From Nibricoccus sp. (GTDB lineage Bacteria; Verrucomicrobiota; Verrucomicrobiia; Opitutales; Opitutaceae): a stretch of DNA of 64,000 nucleotides. Every line of letters begins with the position of its first letter. The first letter of the stretch is position 1. This document shows, piece after piece, positions 1-7,818 of this stretch. Made by a program: the position numbers and the translations under genes. The stretch covers positions 3,296,001-3,360,000 of the forward strand of contig JASGHG010000001.1 in the NCBI GenBank assembly GCA_047602425.1. Reading direction: 5' to 3'. A model generated the notes under the pieces. The model was not told the DNA's origin. It saw only the letters and a list, made by a program, of their open reading frames with translations, and did no database searches.

Positions 1-325
1 CGATCGAATCGTCGCTGCCAAAGGTATAAACGAGCAAACGTGGAGGCTCGCATTTGAGGACACGTCCTTCGAAGGTCACGCCGGGATCCTGCACCTGGGC
101 GTATTTTGCCGGTGGCGTTTCGTTCGGCGCCAGATTTTTGTGGTGCATGGCAAACTCGACTTTACCGCCCGCCTTCTGCTCCAGCACGCCGCCGCAGATC
201 CAGCGGGCCCGTTTTTCCGGATCGGTGAGATATTCCCAGATGCGCTCGATGGGTCCGGGCAGGGTGCGCGTGAGACGCACTTCACCGGCGCCGATAAACT
301 GTCCATGTTGGTCGTTGGATTTCAT
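1..325 (-). CDS. SRPBCC/AHSA1-family protein, N-terminal part (runs off the left edge)
   Basis: Not in the ORF track. Manual translation from ATG at 325 gives MKSNDQHGQFIGAGEVRLTRTLPGPIERIWEYLTDPEKRARW..., open to base 1, a typical SRPBCC N-terminus. Third gene of the ArsR-SRPBCC operon. Confidence 0.85.
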   Translation of the reverse strand, partial: MKSNDQHGQFIGAGEVRLTRTLPGPIERIWEYLTDPEKRARWICGGVLEQKAGGKVEFAMHHKNLAPNETPPAKYAQVQDPGVTFEGRVLKCEPPRLLVYTFGSDDSI

Positions 326-364
326 GGTAGATATAAAATAGTTGTAGGTCTAAACAAAAACGTT

Positions 365-802
365 TCACAGGAACACACGATCGAGCGCATCGAGCATTTT
401 GCTCCAAGAACCTGCGGCCTTGTCCACGAAGTCGGCCCACTTTGGACTCATGTCGTGTGTGAGTTTCACCTCGCAGCCTTCGCCACGTGCAGTAATTTCG
501 ACCGACACTTTGCTCGTTTCCGGAAAGGTGTCGCGCGTGCCCCAAGTGAAAACCAGCCGGCGCGGACGATCGATTTCCAGGTATTCGCCGACGTGATCGA
601 CTTCGGTGTCATTGCGATCGACCACAAACGAGAATTTTCCGCCCATTTTTGGTTCGAGATTGAGTTTTACGATGCGCTCTTCGCGGACATTGGGACCAAA
701 CATCCAACGGCCGAGCATCGTCGGATCGAGCCACGCATCGAATACGCGTTCGGCAGACACATTGAAGTGATGCAGCACCACGGCCTGTACCGGTTTGTTC
801 AT
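365..802 (-). CDS. SRPBCC/AHSA1-family protein
   Basis: AERVFDAWLDP...GEYLEIDRPRRLVFTW motifs. The ATG at 802 overlaps the ArsR stop (ATGA), so it is preferred over the longer ORF start. Confidence 0.9.
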   Translation of the reverse strand: MNKPVQAVVLHHFNVSAERVFDAWLDPTMLGRWMFGPNVREERIVKLNLEPKMGGKFSFVVDRNDTEVDHVGEYLEIDRPRRLVFTWGTRDTFPETSKVSVEITARGEGCEVKLTHDMSPKWADFVDKAAGSWSKMLDALDRVFL

Positions 803-1128
803 GATTTCTTTTTTCGTTTTTTTGCTTCGTCGTCGGCTCTCAATTCGCGTTCGAGGGCGTCGAGACGGCTCGACCAGAACGAGCGGGTTTTCTCCAGCCA
901 CGCCTCGATTTCATCAAATCCTGCAGGGTTTATGGATTGGATGCGCGATTGGCCCTCGGCGCGAACGGTGACGAGCCCGGCTTCGCGCAGCACCTTCAAA
1001 TGTTGCGAAATCGCAGGAGCGCTCATGTCGAATTCCTCGACGAGTTCTCCGGCGGTGCGATCGCGCACGGCGAGTAGTTCGACGATGCGGCGTCGGGTTG
1101 GATCGGCGATGGCGGCTAGACTTTGCAT
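799..1128 (-). CDS. ArsR/SmtB-family transcriptional regulator
   Basis: AIADPTRRRIVELL...SAPAISQHLKVLREAGLV helix-turn-helix signature. Confidence 0.95.
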   Translation of the reverse strand: MQSLAAIADPTRRRIVELLAVRDRTAGELVEEFDMSAPAISQHLKVLREAGLVTVRAEGQSRIQSINPAGFDEIEAWLEKTRSFWSSRLDALERELRADDEAKKRKKKS

Positions 1129-1136
1129 GCCGACAA

Positions 1137-1158
1137 TAATTAAGCTAAAGCTTAATTA
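1137..1158. promoter_or_regulatory. Perfect inverted repeat, probable ArsR autoregulatory operator
   Basis: TAATTAAGCT-AA-AGCTTAATTA (10-2-10), 8 nt upstream of the arsR start codon. Confidence 0.7.
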
Positions 1159-1189
1159 AGCAAACGCTGAACAAAGATTTTTTCGTTTT

Positions 1190-1912
1190 TTATTTGGCGG
1201 ACCTGCGGGCCGGCGCAGTTCGAGGCGCGGCAGATCCGGGCGAGGCTTTATTCGCAGTGACCGGTCGCGGCTGCGGAGGTAGGGCGGGGATGAAGAGGCT
1301 GCGCATTTCCTCGGTGGGAAAATATTTCCCCGGGCATTCCGTGTGTCCTGGATCTACTTCGCAGTGGATCTTGAATTCGAGGGGGACGAATGCGACTTCG
1401 TCACGGAGGTAGAGCAGCAGCTCTTTGAGCGCAGCGACTTGTTTTTCGGTCGGCTTGTGATTTTCAAAATTGCCGACCAGGCAAATGCCAATCGCGATCT
1501 CGTTTAAACCCAGTTTATCGCGGACATGACCGCCGAGCAGCTGTTTGGTCCAACGCATGCCGATCTCGATTTCGCCATCGCCCGAGTCCTTTCCGTTACC
1601 GATAACAAAATGATAGGCCAATCCGTTGACCATTCCGCGTTGCCGATGGCCTATATCGTATTTCGCCGCGTTGCCGCTTTCATCGGCGCTATGATGGCAA
1701 ATGATCATTTTCCACTGGCCCGGAACAATCTTGAGTTTCGATGTCACGTCCCGGACTTGTTGGGTGTAGACGACGGTTGGTTTGACAACGACCGGCACGG
1801 GCACGGCAATTTTGGTTTGTTCGACCGAGGGCTTGGCAGGTTTGGACGAAGTGCTGCATCCGACGATTGCTGCCTGGAGAAAGATGATAAGCAGAGGCAA
1901 TCGTTTATTCAT
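1190..1912 (-). CDS. N-acetylmuramoyl-L-alanine amidase (Amidase_2/PGRP type), probable lipoprotein
   Basis: IICHHSA...AYHFVIGNG...IGICLVGNF...H...TECPG Zn-amidase motifs. Signal peptide ends in IVGC. Confidence 0.85.
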   Translation of the reverse strand: MNKRLPLLIIFLQAAIVGCSTSSKPAKPSVEQTKIAVPVPVVVKPTVVYTQQVRDVTSKLKIVPGQWKMIICHHSADESGNAAKYDIGHRQRGMVNGLAYHFVIGNGKDSGDGEIEIGMRWTKQLLGGHVRDKLGLNEIAIGICLVGNFENHKPTEKQVAALKELLLYLRDEVAFVPLEFKIHCEVDPGHTECPGKYFPTEEMRSLFIPALPPQPRPVTANKASPGSAAPRTAPARRSAK

Positions 1913-2027
1913 GTGCCGTGGGGTGGAGCTTCAAATGGAGTGCCAGACGCTTGCTGACGAAGCAAAGCGTTTTTGTCAGAGGGAACGCGGCCGGCGCACG
2001 CGTAAATTTGGGCATGTTACCCGGACT

Positions 2028-4199
2028 TCAGTTGGCGGGCGTAGAGAGGCCGCGACGATCGAGCAGCGGTTGCAGCGAAGGTTCGCCGCCGCGGAAGGTG
2101 CGATAAAGCTTCAGGGCATCCGCGCTGCCGCCGCGCGAGAGCACCAGATCGCGGAAACGGTCGCCGCCAACCCGGGATAGGCCGCCGTTTTTCTTGAACC
2201 ACTCGACCGTGTCGGCATCGAGCACTTCGCTCCAAATATAGGAATAGTAACCCGCGGCATAGCCGGTGGTGAAAATGTGCGAGAAGTAAGTGCTGCGATA
2301 GCGGGGTGGCACGGGTGCGAAATCCAGGCCGACACGCTTCAAGGCGGCCGCTTCGAAGGCGAGGGCACCATCGGCGTTGGGCACTTGAGCGGCAGTCACT
2401 TGGTGCCAGGCCTGATCCAATAGGGCGGCGGCGAGGTACTCGGTGGTGGCAAAACCTTGATTGAACTTTGACGCCGCTTTCACCTTGGCGACGAGCTCGG
2501 CGGGAATGGGCGCGCCGGTTTTGTGGTGTTTGGCATAGTTCGACAAAACTTCGGGCCATTCCATCCACATTTCGTTCACCTGTGAGGGAAACTCGACGAA
2601 GTCGTTCGGGACATTGGTGCCGGCGAAACGCGGATAACGCACGGCGGAGAATATATCGTGCAAATTGTGGCCAAACTCATGGAAGGCAGTATTCACCTCG
2701 TCATACGTCAGCAGCGTGGGCTCACCGGCGGCGGGTTTGGAGATATTGAGATGGTTGGCCACGACGGGGTGGGTGCCGAGCAGGGCAGACTGTATCACGT
2801 AAGAAAGAGCCCAAGCGCCGCCACGCTTGGAAGGCCGGGCATACCAATCGATGATCAGCAACGCGAGCGACGAGCCATCGGCGTTGAACACCTCAAAGAC
2901 GCGGGTGTCGGGATGATAACGCGGCAGATCAGAGCGTTCTTTAAACGTGATGCCGTACAGGCGCGTGGCGGCGTAGAAAACACCGTCTTGCAGAACGTGG
3001 TTAAGCTCGAAGTACGGACGGAGCTGGCTCTCGTCGAAAGCGAATTTTTCAGCGCGGACTTTTTCGGTGTAGAAGGCCCAGTCCCAGGGTTCGAGCTTGG
3101 CGCCTGGAATATCTTTTTCGAGGAGACGTTGGAGGTCGGCGGCTTCGCGGCGGGCGTTGGCTACAGCGGCCGGAGCAAGTTTCTGCAGGAGATTGTTGAC
3201 CGTAGCGACCGAACCAGCGGTTTGGTCGGCGAGGACGAAGGCGGCGTGATTAGCGAAGCCGAGCAGTTCGGCACGTTCAGCCCGCAACTTGGCGAGGCGG
3301 GTAACGATGCCGCGAGTGTCGTAGTCGCCGCCGTGCGAACCGCGGGCAACGGAGGCGCAGAAAATCTTTTCGCGAAGAGCGCGATTGCTCAGCTGGCTCA
3401 ACGGCGGTTGTCCCGTGGTATTGACCAGACGCACGAGGAACTGACCTTCGTGACCGGCAGCCTTGGCGGCATCGGCTGCAGCGATAATGGACGTTTCGGG
3501 CCAGCCGGCGAGTTCCTCGCGCTTGGCGACGAGCACGGCGGAGGCATTAACTTCCTTGAGCACGTTTTGGGAAAACGATGCCTGCAATGACGCGATCTCG
3601 GCGTTGAGTTCGCGCAGGCGGGCCTGATCGGCAGTGCCGAGCTTGGCGCCGGCGCGGACGAAATCATTGTAGTAACGTTCCAGTGCGTACAGCGATTCGG
3701 GATCGAGTTTCAGCTCAGTGCGACGTGCATAGAGCGCGGCAATGCGGGAAAAAATGCGGAGATTGAGCAGGATGGCGTCCGCATGGGCGGCGAGCTTGGG
3801 CGCCATTTCCTGTTCGATGGCTTCCATCTCGGGATTGGTGTCGGTACTGTTAATCCCATCGAAAATCCGGGAGACGCTGGCAAACAGCTGGCCGGAACGT
3901 TCCAGGGCTGCGATTGTATTGTCGAATGTTGGCGCTTCGGATTGGTTGGCGATGACCTCGACCTCGCGCAAATGATCCGCCATGCCTTGCGTGTAGGCAG
4001 GGCGATAGTGTTCGTTGCGAATGCGGTCGAAACGGGGGTAACCAAATTGTAGGTCGCTCCCCGTGAGCAAAGGATTGTCGGCGGCGGAAAGCCCTCCGGT
4101 GACAGCGGCTAAACCAATCATGAAACAAAAGAATAATTTGGACACGATCACAGCGAATGCAAAGTTGCGCCGTTTTCCAGCCGTGAATCGATTCATCAC
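2028..4199 (-). CDS. dcp: M3-family metallopeptidase (peptidyl-dipeptidase Dcp); start codon uncertain, probably exported
   Basis: FHEFGH (HExxH), DFVEFPSQVNE, YAAGYYSYIWSEVLDAD. Hydrophobic leader precedes NPLL. Confidence 0.92.
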   Translation of the reverse strand: MMNRFTAGKRRNFAFAVIVSKLFFCFMIGLAAVTGGLSAADNPLLTGSDLQFGYPRFDRIRNEHYRPAYTQGMADHLREVEVIANQSEAPTFDNTIAALERSGQLFASVSRIFDGINSTDTNPEMEAIEQEMAPKLAAHADAILLNLRIFSRIAALYARRTELKLDPESLYALERYYNDFVRAGAKLGTADQARLRELNAEIASLQASFSQNVLKEVNASAVLVAKREELAGWPETSIIAAADAAKAAGHEGQFLVRLVNTTGQPPLSQLSNRALREKIFCASVARGSHGGDYDTRGIVTRLAKLRAERAELLGFANHAAFVLADQTAGSVATVNNLLQKLAPAAVANARREAADLQRLLEKDIPGAKLEPWDWAFYTEKVRAEKFAFDESQLRPYFELNHVLQDGVFYAATRLYGITFKERSDLPRYHPDTRVFEVFNADGSSLALLIIDWYARPSKRGGAWALSYVIQSALLGTHPVVANHLNISKPAAGEPTLLTYDEVNTAFHEFGHNLHDIFSAVRYPRFAGTNVPNDFVEFPSQVNEMWMEWPEVLSNYAKHHKTGAPIPAELVAKVKAASKFNQGFATTEYLAAALLDQAWHQVTAAQVPNADGALAFEAAALKRVGLDFAPVPPRYRSTYFSHIFTTGYAAGYYSYIWSEVLDADTVEWFKKNGGLSRVGGDRFRDLVLSRGGSADALKLYRTFRGGEPSLQPLLDRRGLSTPAN

Positions 4200-4260
4200 G
4201 CCAACTATTCATCGCACGCAATTTTCTGGCGAAACGAGGGCTATTGACGATGGGTGTTCT

Positions 4261-4899
4261 TCAACGCTCCGTCGTGACACCGGTGAGTGCCAAGCGCAGG
4301 CCGAGGAGAATGAAGGCGACTCCGGCGAGACGGTCGAACAGGCGCGTAAGACCGGGACGAGTGCGGATGTGTTTTCCAATGGCGGCGCTGAAAAGTCCCA
4401 CCAGCACAAAGACCACGAATGAAATCAGGCCAAAACCAATTCCAAGGAGAAACAATTGCGTAGGCAGACTGCCTTGCCCGGACCGAATAAACTGCGGTAG
4501 GAAAGCGAGGAAGAAGAGCGCGACCTTGGGATTTAGGACGTTCATTAAGAATGCCTGGACAAAAATCTTTCGCGAGGAAAGCGGCGTGGCATTTTCGGGC
4601 AAGGAGATGAGCCCGCGCGAAAAGAGCACCCTCACTCCGAGAAAAATCAGATAGGCGGCGCCAAGCAGTTTTGCCACCGTGAACGCGTTTGCCGAAGCGA
4701 CCAGCAGCGCGGAGAGGCCGCAGACCGAAGCCGCCGTGTGAATCGTCAACCCCGAGCAAAACCCGGCGGCAGAGACAATCGCCGCGCGCCGCCCCTGCGA
4801 GATCCCTTTGGCCAGCACATATAAAATATCCGGCCCGGGTGCGACCGCGAGCGCGGCCGAGGCGAGAACAAACGTGGTGGTGAAGGGTAAAGCGGACAT
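4261..4899 (-). CDS. LysE/RhtB-family amino-acid efflux protein
   Basis: APGPD motif, NVLNPKVALFFLAFLPQF, multiple TM segments. Confidence 0.92.
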   Translation of the reverse strand: MSALPFTTTFVLASAALAVAPGPDILYVLAKGISQGRRAAIVSAAGFCSGLTIHTAASVCGLSALLVASANAFTVAKLLGAAYLIFLGVRVLFSRGLISLPENATPLSSRKIFVQAFLMNVLNPKVALFFLAFLPQFIRSGQGSLPTQLFLLGIGFGLISFVVFVLVGLFSAAIGKHIRTRPGLTRLFDRLAGVAFILLGLRLALTGVTTER

Positions 4900-5338
4900 T
4901 TAGATGACAGTTTCGGGACGTTTGATGGAGATCGATTTCGCGCGGACCTGTCAAACGAGGGCCTGAAACTGAAAAACGAGGCTTTACGTTACCCTGGCAT
5001 AATTGACGACAATGGCACTGGTGTTTCTCGCAGGTTGGGGGAAGTTTTTTCGAACCCTCAATGCCATTTGATCGGTGACGGAATTTATTGGACGAACAGG
5101 AGGTCTATCTAGTCCAGATGGGCGGGTTTTTTCGCGAAAGCGAAGAACACGAAATATCGGCAGGATCGTTTCACTGACTGGCTCTGCAAAAAGAAAGCCG
5201 GAATGCAAAATTCTGGCGATAGCGACTGTTTTTCGCGCAAAACGTTGAGCGCAGAGGCGTGGTTAATAGCGCACGAATGTCGGACGAATTTGGCGGTTTA
5301 CAGTTATTTGGCAGATCTATCCCGGGCCGATCATTGAC

Positions 5339-5905
5339 ATGAAAATGCTGAATGTTTCTCTTGGCGCAAAAGAACGCATGACGCGGCGGATTTACCCAAT
5401 CAAAGTTCTCGGCCTCGTTGCTTTAGTCGTCCTGGGCGCGCTCCTCATCCTCAACCACACTTCCGGCATGTTCAAAGTTTGTCTCTTTTCACCTGTTAAA
5501 GGAAAAGTCGTTTTCAAAGGCCAACCTGTAGCCGGCGCAGTGATCGAACGGCATTGCAAGTGGAACTGGAAGAAGACGGAGCAGACCGATCAGACGACCA
5601 CTGACGTAAATGGAGAATTTTCCATGCCCGGCATCTATTCTTGGATGGGCGTGGTGCAGTTGGTTCCCCACGAGCCGGTGATCCACCAACAGCTAGAGAT
5701 TAAACACGAGGGGAGGACGTACAATGCGTGGACGCACTTCAAGCATGAGTACGGTGAATTTGCGGAGCTCGATATCTGCAAAGCGCTGGGAGACGGCCCA
5801 AGTCTGGATGGGAAGCCGATCGATCTCCTTTGTGATCTTGGAGTGGAATCGAAAAATCACTTCGGAGGTTCCGGCTGGGGAGGAATTGGCGAACTGAGGA
5901 GATAA
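5339..5905 (+). CDS. Membrane-anchored or exported DUF6795-like (transthyretin-like fold) protein; candidate immunity protein
   Basis: N-terminal hydrophobic helix, then LFSPVKGKVVFKGQPVAGAVIER...TTTDVNGEFSMP. Lies 6 nt upstream of the lipase. Family call from recall only. Confidence 0.6.
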   Translation: MKMLNVSLGAKERMTRRIYPIKVLGLVALVVLGALLILNHTSGMFKVCLFSPVKGKVVFKGQPVAGAVIERHCKWNWKKTEQTDQTTTDVNGEFSMPGIYSWMGVVQLVPHEPVIHQQLEIKHEGRTYNAWTHFKHEYGEFAELDICKALGDGPSLDGKPIDLLCDLGVESKNHFGGSGWGGIGELRR

Positions 5906-5911
5906 CCTGCC

Positions 5912-7123
5912 ATGATTACAACTTTGACCCCGCGCGAAGTCGCGCGAATTGCACTCAATGTTTATCAACTCGAACATGTTGATGTAGGTACGCTGTACAA
6001 AGCGGACGGAGCCCTTGGATGTGAGGGTTTGTTCAAGGTTGCAGATGATGCACGTTTCAACGCGAAAACAGGCGGACACTTGTACAGCCGTCTCAGCGGT
6101 TTCGGGTACATTGCTGAAGGCGAAGGCGCCCATGCGGGTGAATATTTAATCGCTATTCGTGGGACCAACCCTGGGAGTGCCCGCGATTGGTTGACGGATG
6201 CCCGCGCAGGATTTTGTCGCGGCGACAGCGGACATTCTGTGCACCTTGGCTTTCAAACTACATGGAAGTCGTTTGAGAACGATGTGCGTGAATATTTCCG
6301 TGGTAGAAATCCCACCCGCATTCACTGCGTCGGCCACAGTTTGGGCGGTGCACTGGCAACGCTTTGCGCGGATTATCTTTCGGCGAATAATGTCGGTGAG
6401 GTTTCTCTTTATACATTTGGGGCTCCTCGTGCCGGTATGCGTGAATTTGCAGAGGCGCTAACTGAGAGGATGGGCGTCGAGAATTTTTTCCGTGTGACCA
6501 ACGTGGCTGATCCTGTTGCAGTTGTACCGATCTATCCGTTTTACCACGCGCCATATTTGACGCGCCAGTACGTGGTTGGCGGTGCAGGATTGCCCATCAA
6601 CCCTTGGGCTCATCCAATGGGTGGTTATGTCAAGGCGGTCGGACAGGCATCGTGGGCGACGATGGTGGATCGTTCGACTACAATGGTTGTCGCGGATGAA
6701 GTGAAACGCTGGTTGGAAACGGTTTCCTCCGGTGGTGGTGTGACAAGATTTTCTGTCGAAACATTTACCATGATCGGCAAAGCGCTCGGCTGGATTTTGC
6801 AGCAAGCCTACGAAGGGGTCGGGCTGGGCTCGTGCTCTCTCCTGACGGCGTTGGATCACTTGGGCTACTTGGTCGAGCGTGGGACCAGATTCACCGAGGA
6901 GCTCGGGGCAGATATTAAAACGACGATGAGCGCGATCCTACGCTTTATCGGACACAGCACGGTTATTGTTGGCGAGATCACCGTAGCATTCCTGCGATTT
7001 GTTTTAGATCTATTCTACGGTGCGATCCGGTTGATGGCCGTGCAGGCTCGTGCGGGGGATGGGGCAGGAGTGAAACCCAAATCGCGGCGTAAAGCCGCTC
7101 CTACAGTAGGGTGGTTTTTGTAG
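5912..7123 (+). CDS. Class-3 lipase (alpha/beta hydrolase), Tle-like
   Basis: IAIRGT, VHLGF, GHSLGG nucleophile elbow, YTFGAPRAG, DPVAVVP. No signal peptide; helical C-terminal extension. Confidence 0.88.
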   Translation: MITTLTPREVARIALNVYQLEHVDVGTLYKADGALGCEGLFKVADDARFNAKTGGHLYSRLSGFGYIAEGEGAHAGEYLIAIRGTNPGSARDWLTDARAGFCRGDSGHSVHLGFQTTWKSFENDVREYFRGRNPTRIHCVGHSLGGALATLCADYLSANNVGEVSLYTFGAPRAGMREFAEALTERMGVENFFRVTNVADPVAVVPIYPFYHAPYLTRQYVVGGAGLPINPWAHPMGGYVKAVGQASWATMVDRSTTMVVADEVKRWLETVSSGGGVTRFSVETFTMIGKALGWILQQAYEGVGLGSCSLLTALDHLGYLVERGTRFTEELGADIKTTMSAILRFIGHSTVIVGEITVAFLRFVLDLFYGAIRLMAVQARAGDGAGVKPKSRRKAAPTVGWFL

Positions 7124-7142
7124 GAGCGGCTTTATGCCGCGA
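7082..7142. repeat. REP pair, family A (GTAGGAGCGGCTTTACGCCGCGA), two copies in inverted orientation
   Basis: tcgcggcgtaaagccgctcctac (7082-7104) and gtaggagcggctttatgccgcga (7120-7142). Confidence 0.9.
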
Positions 7143-7151
7143 TTCTTCGAA

Positions 7152-7665
7152 CTAAGCCAACCACTCGGGGTAAGGGCAGGCGGAATCGGTCAATTCGCCG
7201 AACCACGTCCAATCTTCTTTGGCGCAGAAATAACCGGGCCAGGTCTGGCCAGTCGGCAAAATGTTTTTCTGATAGGGGTTCAGGAATATGTAGAGAAAGA
7301 TGGGCAACCGATCCTCATCGGCCCGATGCGGTGGTCATAGTAGCCGTGTTCCCATTTGAGGCTGGCGGCGCGTAATGCGGGAGATAATCTGCCCTTGAAG
7401 AGGCGAATTGAATTAGAGAGATCTGCGGTCTCGCCAAGGACTGCTAGAAGATGGATGTGATTGGGCATGATCGTCGCGGTGCGTATGTGCCAATTTGCTC
7501 TGCTTCGAGTTTGTACAATTGGCCCAGTACGACCGCGAGAAGCGAAGGAGCAGTCAGTCCTGCTTGTCGCTGGTTCGTGCAAAGCGTGAGGAAGTATTCC
7601 GAGTCAGAATTCGACCAGCGTCCACGGCGAAGCGCTTCGTGTCCTTTGCCAGGAGTACGGGGCAT
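7152..7665 (-). pseudogene. REP-associated tyrosine transposase (RAYT, Y1/HUH) with two frameshifts
   Basis: Three consecutive frames give ALRRGRWS..YFLTLCT / IMPNHIHLL..WEHGYYDHRI / DEDRLPIFLYIFLNPY..YPEWLA*. Shifts near 7495 and 7320. REPs on both sides. Confidence 0.85.
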
Positions 7666-7683
7666 GCGAGGGGCTGTTTGGAT

Positions 7684-7805
7684 GTAGGAGCGGGTTTATC
7701 CCGCGATGATGGAGTCTGGAGATTATTTATCGTGGCGTAAAGCATGGTATTCGCGCGACATAGGATTGCCGATGTTTATTTATCGCGGCGTAAAGCCGCT
7801 CCTAC
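7684..7805. repeat. REP doublet (REPIN-like), family A
   Basis: gtaggagcgggtttatcccgcga (7684-7706) and inverted tcgcggcgtaaagccgctcctac (7783-7805), with a degenerate partial copy between them. Confidence 0.88.
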
Positions 7806-7818
7806 AGTGGAGCGGCAC

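Noticed and set aside
1190..1912. Amidase as a prophage endolysin
   Set aside because: It has a lipoprotein-type signal and no holin or other phage genes nearby; more likely a host cell-wall enzyme.
1930..1945. Possible sigma-54 promoter upstream of the amidase (minus strand TGGCAC-N5-TTGA)
   Set aside because: The -12 element is TTGA rather than TTGC and there is no supporting evidence. Similar near-misses near 22800 and 57744 also fail.
4900..5338. Intergenic region before the DUF6795-like gene as ncRNA or small CDS (4984-5208)
   Set aside because: No recognisable RNA motif, convincing stem or protein signature; most simply divergent promoter DNA.
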